A stretch of DNA of 64,000 nucleotides from assembly GCF_947493595.1 (NCBI RefSeq), contig NZ_CANLRL010000004.1:143201-207200 (forward strand), in the 5' to 3' direction. A program made the position numbers and the translations under genes. The notes beneath the pieces were generated by a model. The model was not told the origin of the DNA. It did no database searches and worked only from the letters and a program-made list of their open reading frames with translations. Shown in pieces: positions 58,834 to 64,000 of the stretch. This DNA comes from an uncultured Shimia sp. (GTDB lineage Bacteria; Pseudomonadota; Alphaproteobacteria; Rhodobacterales; Rhodobacteraceae). Within the stretch, counting starts at the first letter, position 1. Every line of letters begins with the position of its first letter.

Positions 58834-60345
58834 TTAGGCGTCAGCGCCTTCGCTGGACGCAGCTGCCTGATCTTGAAGAAGCACCACAACGCGATTGGCC
58901 ATCAGGTGCCGGGCATGGTCGTAGTCCCGTCCATTGGAGCTCGCTGCCAACGCGTCCAGCTCGTGCATGCTTTGCAATGCGGGCGTATCATTGAGCGCCA
59001 GAGTGCAATTGGGGCTTGGCTTGGTAAATTTAGGCAAGGTGAGCAGGACCGAGAGGTCGGCGACCTGGCTGCCGGAGATGTCGAGCTGTTCCAGGTACGG
59101 CAGCGAGCGCAGCGGATAAAGGTCGTTAACCGCAGTTCCGGTACAACTTAGGTTCTTGAGCAACCTACATCTCTGAAGTCCATTGATCGAGCTGATGTTG
59201 GTGCCAGAGAGGCTGAGGTTTTGTAAGTTGGGCAGTTCCGGCCATGGTGCACGCATCTGATGGTCTGTGTCATCGGTCAGCTGGAAATGCAGCGTCCGCA
59301 GGGTGTCACAGTGCTCCAATGGGCCGAGGTCCAGATCTGGGTCAGCGCTTTGCAGCAACAGGTAGGCGAGCTTGCGCAAAGACGCGACAGGCGCGAGGTC
59401 ACAATGGGAGACCGCGCCAATCGACAGATGGTTCAGTGCGCTCAGAGAGGATACAAAACTGAGATCGGTGATCAGGCCAAGTGATTGGATGGTCAGGTTT
59501 TCCAGCCTGGCGGCCTGAGACAACGCGTCAAACCGTATTGCCGGGGTGTTCCACAGCGACAGTGTTGTGAGCGCGGGCAGGGAGCCCAGAGCGGTAAGGT
59601 CGGTGGTGTCCGCGCCAAACAGGTCCAGCGTATCCAGCTGTTGCAAGTTGGCAAGTGGTGCAATGTCGACCTTGCCGTCACAGCGCAGGGACAGCGTGGT
59701 GAGCGCGTCTGCCTGTGCCAGCGACGTCAGCGATTGGCCCTGCGCAATGCGGGTTTTGAGGTCTGTCAGGTTTGGGCTTCGGGTGAGTGCGGGGAGCGTA
59801 TCGCATAAGGCCAGCAGGTCAGCCTGCTCCAGGCGGGGCAGAGCACCGAGGTGGACCGGCTTGCCGGGATGGGAGATTTTGAGCCGCCGTAGATTAGGCA
59901 GATCGGGCAAGGTTACATCAATCTCGGACGGCAGCGACAGTTTGAGCTCTGTCAGCTCTGGCAGATCTGCGAGCGGCGACAAATCCGTAACCGGTGAGGC
60001 GGTGATTTCCAGCGCTTGCAAATTTGGCAGACCGCGCAGCGCGGCAATATTGGTGATGGGCGTATGACGGATGCAGAGTTTGCGCAAATGGGGCGCAAGC
60101 GCGGAGATTTCCGGCAATAAGCGGCCGTTGTCGCCAGAGATCACCATTTGACGCGCATGGGCCTCTTTGTGGCGCTCTAGGCTCCAGGCAAAAAAGGCGG
60201 CGGGATCGGCCGGCGTGCCCGTAGGTGTGGGGGTGGCTTTGCGACGCGCCCGCACCTGCGGACGCATGCGTTGTTTGAGGCTCTGTTTGGCCACAGAGAG
60301 GAAGGATTGGATTTTTAAACTGGTCAGCACGTGAGAACTCATCAA
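58834..60345 (-). CDS. Leucine-rich repeat protein (about 16 internalin-like repeats)
   Basis: Repeats such as LPNLQALEITASPVTDLSPLAD and LPYLEQLDISGSQVADLSVLLT; start uncertain (MRPQVRARRK is an alternative). Confidence 0.8.
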   Translation of the reverse strand: MMSSHVLTSLKIQSFLSVAKQSLKQRMRPQVRARRKATPTPTGTPADPAAFFAWSLERHKEAHARQMVISGDNGRLLPEISALAPHLRKLCIRHTPITNIAALRGLPNLQALEITASPVTDLSPLADLPELTELKLSLPSEIDVTLPDLPNLRRLKISHPGKPVHLGALPRLEQADLLALCDTLPALTRSPNLTDLKTRIAQGQSLTSLAQADALTTLSLRCDGKVDIAPLANLQQLDTLDLFGADTTDLTALGSLPALTTLSLWNTPAIRFDALSQAARLENLTIQSLGLITDLSFVSSLSALNHLSIGAVSHCDLAPVASLRKLAYLLLQSADPDLDLGPLEHCDTLRTLHFQLTDDTDHQMRAPWPELPNLQNLSLSGTNISSINGLQRCRLLKNLSCTGTAVNDLYPLRSLPYLEQLDISGSQVADLSVLLTLPKFTKPSPNCTLALNDTPALQSMHELDALAASSNGRDYDHARHLMANRVVVLLQDQAAASSEGADA

Positions 60346-60519
60346 CGGCGCCTGATAGTGGGACGGCGCGGGGGGGAAAAGAAGTCAGGAGCGTTAGTGG
60401 AAGTTCAGTCTACTGCGGAACAGCCTTGGGACAACTCACTTTTTGGTAAATTTCGGTGGTTTTTGGGGAGGTGCCCTGTTCAAAAGGCGTAAGGCTTTGA
60501 ACTTACGTGTAAAACAAAG

Positions 60520-60548
60520 ACACCCGCCTGCGCGTGGCAGGCGGGTGT
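60520..60548 (-). terminator. Terminator downstream of the MFS gene
   Basis: 12-bp stem ACACCCGCCTGC / GCAGGCGGGTGT with an A-rich flank. Confidence 0.75.
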
Positions 60549-60579
60549 GGGCGGTCTTGATGGTTAAAACGATCAGGGC

Positions 60580-61758
60580 TTAGGCTAGGGTCGTCTTTTG
60601 TAACTCCGGCTGTGGTGTCAAATGACGGGCCATCACAAAGCTGAGGCAGAGACCGGGCAGGAGCGCGGCCAAAGCCATGGCGATGCCAAAGTGGTCTGCC
60701 AGTAGGCCAATGATGGGCGGGGCGACGACGTTGGTGCCAATCGCCATGACCGACAGGAAGGCAATGTTGTCGGCGTCATGTTCATCTTCCAGTGCCGCTG
60801 CCGCAGACACGGCCAGAGGGAAGCCAACCGAGAGGCCCAGCCCGATGCAGGCAAAGCCGACAAAAGACGCCAATGGCGGGAAAGGCGCCACCAGGGTCAG
60901 CAAACCAATGATGGCCAGGCCGACGTTCATGCGTGCGAGATTGGTGCTGCCCATGCGGATTTTCAAGAAGTCCCCAATGAAGCGGCCAAAGGCAACAAAG
61001 GCGGAAAACACAGTGATCGCAAGACCTGCGGTGCTGGCGCCTTCGGGCAGACGTTCGGCCATATAAACGGCGCCCCAATTGGCCATGGCACCCTCTGCCA
61101 TGGTTACGGAAATCACAAAGAGCACAATCAAGAACAGGGTGGTTGGGTAATCACGCAGTTTGCGGCGTTTGGTTTTGGTCGAGGCGTCAGCGGATTGCGG
61201 GCGCAGGTTGGGCAGTGGACGTGTCAGCCATAGGGCCAGGATGGTTGTGCTTGTGGTGAGGGTTAGCACGGTGACCACCGGCGACACCGCGGCCGTGAAA
61301 ATGGCGGCCAGGAAGGAGCTGACCGTCAGGCCAAGCGCCCAGAAACCGTGGCAGCGGTTCATCACGGATTTCTTTGCGGCTTTCTCGAGCTGACCTGCGT
61401 AGACATTCAACGCCACATTCAGGAAGGTCATCGACGCTCCAAAAATCAGCAGCGCCAAGAACAAAGTGACGTGGTCCACCGCAAGGAGTGGCAAGACAAC
61501 TGTCACGGCCTGAACTGGAAACATGGTGAGCAGGACTTTGGGCGCGCCATGCCTGGCCACAATTTTGGCGGCAAACTTGGACATAAACACAAAGGCCATG
61601 GGCAGGCCGAGCAAGGCCAACGCCAACTGTGCGTTGCTGAGATCCAATTTGGATTGCATAAACGGAATATGAGGCAACCACCCGCCAAGCGCGAAGGGAT
61701 GCAAGAAAAACAGCGCCATAATGAGGCGCACGGTCCCTGAGGACAGTGTTGGGGTCAT
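60580..61758 (-). CDS. MFS transporter
   Basis: 12 TM pattern; W.PHIP, ALNVYAG, M..CHGFWALG, MAEGA.ANWG, GRFIGD. Confidence 0.88.
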   Translation of the reverse strand: MTPTLSSGTVRLIMALFFLHPFALGGWLPHIPFMQSKLDLSNAQLALALLGLPMAFVFMSKFAAKIVARHGAPKVLLTMFPVQAVTVVLPLLAVDHVTLFLALLIFGASMTFLNVALNVYAGQLEKAAKKSVMNRCHGFWALGLTVSSFLAAIFTAAVSPVVTVLTLTTSTTILALWLTRPLPNLRPQSADASTKTKRRKLRDYPTTLFLIVLFVISVTMAEGAMANWGAVYMAERLPEGASTAGLAITVFSAFVAFGRFIGDFLKIRMGSTNLARMNVGLAIIGLLTLVAPFPPLASFVGFACIGLGLSVGFPLAVSAAAALEDEHDADNIAFLSVMAIGTNVVAPPIIGLLADHFGIAMALAALLPGLCLSFVMARHLTPQPELQKTTLA

Positions 61759-62016
61759 GTGAGAAAGTCCTGTTGGCGGATGTGGGGCCAGCTAGACCCA
61801 AAGCTGTGCAGGGAACAAGTGACCTACGTGTATTTAACTGTGAAAAACAACCTTAAAGTGTTTTTGGTTGAGGCTCGCTCTACTCTGTCAGAAAATTGGT
61901 TGGGTTTTTTGAGGGCAATTCCAGAGGTCTCCTCCCAAGGAGCGGGGAGAATCGGAGGGGCGTGGCTTGCGAAATCGCAGGCATGGTACAGCTTGGTCAC
62001 CGGCTGGGTAATGCCG

Positions 62017-62775
62017 TTAGCCCGGAAAGATCTTTCGGAAGTGGCTGTCAAAATAGTCCCATGAGTAGACTGCTTTGTTGCCAGCATACCCCTCGTAGTA
62101 AGATTTGCCTGTCGAGGTAGGCAGGCCCGCCCAGATCTTGGCAAGGTTGAGCATGAAGGTCGCGCGCGACATTTCGGCGGACTGAAAATCGCTGAGCCCG
62201 GCTTCTTCTAGCAACTGGTGGGCCAGCTGGTCTTGTATCTCCGGGCTGAACAGCTTGTCGTGCGGCACCTCCTGATGGCGTACGAGACGGCGCAGGGTGG
62301 CGGGGATAAACTGATAGCGGCCAATCGCGTGGGGCTGTCCCGGGGTGTTGTCGATCCACTGATAGATCTCGGCGATGGTCATCTCGGTTGGCGGACGAGA
62401 TGTCTTGGTCCGGGCGCCATACTGCACGGCATCATAGCCAGCCTTGCCCGCTTCGGCTCCAGCAATCAGGGTCATCAGCTGCTTGGCGGCGGACGGCAGA
62501 ACCTGCGTCAGCACCGGCGCAAAGAGGCCACCGGTGGCGCGGCCGCGGAACAGGCTGGCAGTGCCGGGGCGCAAGGCCAACGCGCCGCGGCTGACGTCGG
62601 CGTCCGTCGGTTGCGCGAGGGCAGGCTGTTGCGGGGCGCGGGGGGAAGTGTCGTTGAAAGAGGCGCGTTGCGCAAAGAAACCGTTCTGGATCAGGGAGAC
62701 GCTGTTGGCCTGCGCTTGGGACGCCATGAGGCTGACGGTCAGAAGCGCAAGACGCAAAGAGGAGGCAATCGACAT
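62017..62775 (-). CDS. Exported lysozyme-fold (lambda-R-like muramidase) protein
   Basis: Signal peptide MSIASSLRLALLTVSLMASQAQA; IAGAEAG (catalytic Glu position), GYDAV, HAIGRYQFIPATL, FSPEIQD, LAKIWAGLP. Confidence 0.75.
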   Translation of the reverse strand: MSIASSLRLALLTVSLMASQAQANSVSLIQNGFFAQRASFNDTSPRAPQQPALAQPTDADVSRGALALRPGTASLFRGRATGGLFAPVLTQVLPSAAKQLMTLIAGAEAGKAGYDAVQYGARTKTSRPPTEMTIAEIYQWIDNTPGQPHAIGRYQFIPATLRRLVRHQEVPHDKLFSPEIQDQLAHQLLEEAGLSDFQSAEMSRATFMLNLAKIWAGLPTSTGKSYYEGYAGNKAVYSWDYFDSHFRKIFPG

Positions 62776-63220
62776 GGGAACCGGCTTTCTGCTGGCGAGG
62801 TGTTTCACGCGGACTATGCAGAAAGAGGCTTGATAAAGGGTTTATCGGCGAAGGCTGTTGGTTTGGGATGAGGGGGCGTAGCAAGTTTGCGCAGGAAGCG
62901 GGCTTTGTGCAGCTTCAAGATCCAACCGTTTTCAAATGCGGCCGTAGAATCCCAGGCTGATCGAGAGCTCCTCCAAACCTGTCTCTAATGCTTGGCAACA
63001 GCGGTTAAGGGGCAGAGTTTCCATCCTTTTTTAATGCCATGCCACATGCCAGACAATTTTCCGATCACTTCCGGTGACCGCAATGTTCGCTCGCGTGAGT
63101 TGCTCCTTTTGGTTTCTCAGCGCGAGCGGGAAATCGAATGTTTGGCAAAAGTTCTTGGTTCAAAGGGTGGCAAAGCTTACCGTGAGGCATTCGTATCTTT
63201 TTTTAAAAAAGGGCATCGGA

Positions 63221-64000
63221 ATGAAATGCATAACGCTGAAATCTTTCTTGTCTTCCATAATATTACTAATGCCGACAGGTGCATTGGCACAGTCGGCTGA
63301 AGACCAAGAGAATGAATTGCTTCGGGCTGAGGAGTTGGAAACGCTTGTCGCTCCTGTTGCCCTTTACCCAGATACGTTGCTTATCCAAGTATTGGTTGCC
63401 GCGACCTATCCTCTTGAGGTTGTTAAGGCCGACGTGTTTTTGGACGACAACGCAGAAGTGGAGCAAGAGGAGTTGAAGTCGCTCATTGAAGCCGAAGACT
63501 GGGATGAAAGTGTCGAAGTTTTGGCGACGGCATTCCCAGATGTGCTGGAGGATATGGCAGCGCATATCGATTGGACAGAGACGGTCGGGAACGCGATGTT
63601 GGCCCAAAGCGACGACGTCATGGAAGCGGTCCAAGTCAAACGACAAGCCGCAAACGATGCAGGCAATTTGGTCAGTGGTGACGAGCAAACCGTTGAAGTG
63701 GTTCAGGAGGGCGATTCAGACACAATTGTTATCCAGCCGACTGATCCCGAAGTGGTCTATGTGCCTCAATATGAGACCGAGACGGTTTATGTCGACAACT
63801 CTTCTGACGTGGGCGATGCGCTGGCAACAGGCCTGCTGGTTTTTGGCGCTGTAGCCATCATAGATGAGATCTTTGATGACGATGATCACTGGCATGATTA
63901 TTGGGGATGTCGCAATTGCGGTGGCTGGAACGGTCAACCAATCATTCGAAATCCGGACATAGACATTGATATCGACGGGGACGTGAATATCGGGGATCGC
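63221..64000 (+). CDS. Exported DUF3300-domain protein (3' truncated by window edge; absent from ORF track)
   Basis: Frame open from ATG 63221 to the window end: MKCITLKSFLSSIILLMPTGALA...LETLVAPVALYPDTLLIQVLVAATYPLEV...IVIQPTDPEVVYVPQY. Confidence 0.88.
   Translation, partial: MKCITLKSFLSSIILLMPTGALAQSAEDQENELLRAEELETLVAPVALYPDTLLIQVLVAATYPLEVVKADVFLDDNAEVEQEELKSLIEAEDWDESVEVLATAFPDVLEDMAAHIDWTETVGNAMLAQSDDVMEAVQVKRQAANDAGNLVSGDEQTVEVVQEGDSDTIVIQPTDPEVVYVPQYETETVYVDNSSDVGDALATGLLVFGAVAIIDEIFDDDDHWHDYWGCRNCGGWNGQPIIRNPDIDIDIDGDVNIGDR

Noticed and set aside
62992-63300. 102-aa ORF upstream of DUF3300
   Set aside because: It overlaps the start of the better-supported DUF3300 frame and has no motif or clear RBS.

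Overview
GC-rich alphaproteobacterial chromosome, most consistent with Rhodobacteraceae (Roseobacter group). This is inferred from the conserved gene orders dgt-argS-SPOR-nagZ-scpAB and yceD-rpmF-plsX-fabH-ihfA-MerR-tRNA-Pro, plus bamE next to a glsB-like gene. It is mostly core metabolism: a xylose/glucose locus (xylFHG-glk, xylR, xylBA), copA-cueR-ZIP, leuA with a Leu leader peptide, nadE, gltX, gcvTHP behind a tandem glycine riboswitch, ybbAP/tesA, xth, dcd and lipid genes. A few single orphan genes are interspersed. I saw no CRISPR array, transposase, integrase or prophage. The best candidate for an undescribed system sits inside the xylose locus: an exported di-heme enzyme of the bCcP/MauG superfamily paired with an exported Trp-rich FG-GAP/ASPIC-UnbV beta-propeller protein. 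By eye, the enzyme has His at both family-defining positions (the inter-heme Trp and the distal Met/Tyr ligand). The two genes end two convergent transcription units whose promoters share a TTAATTTG-N5-CAAATTAA operator. The second-best lead is a SRAP/YedK homologue whose catalytic Cys2 is replaced by Pro, tail-to-tail with xth. All family calls come from motif recognition by eye; no database search was run.
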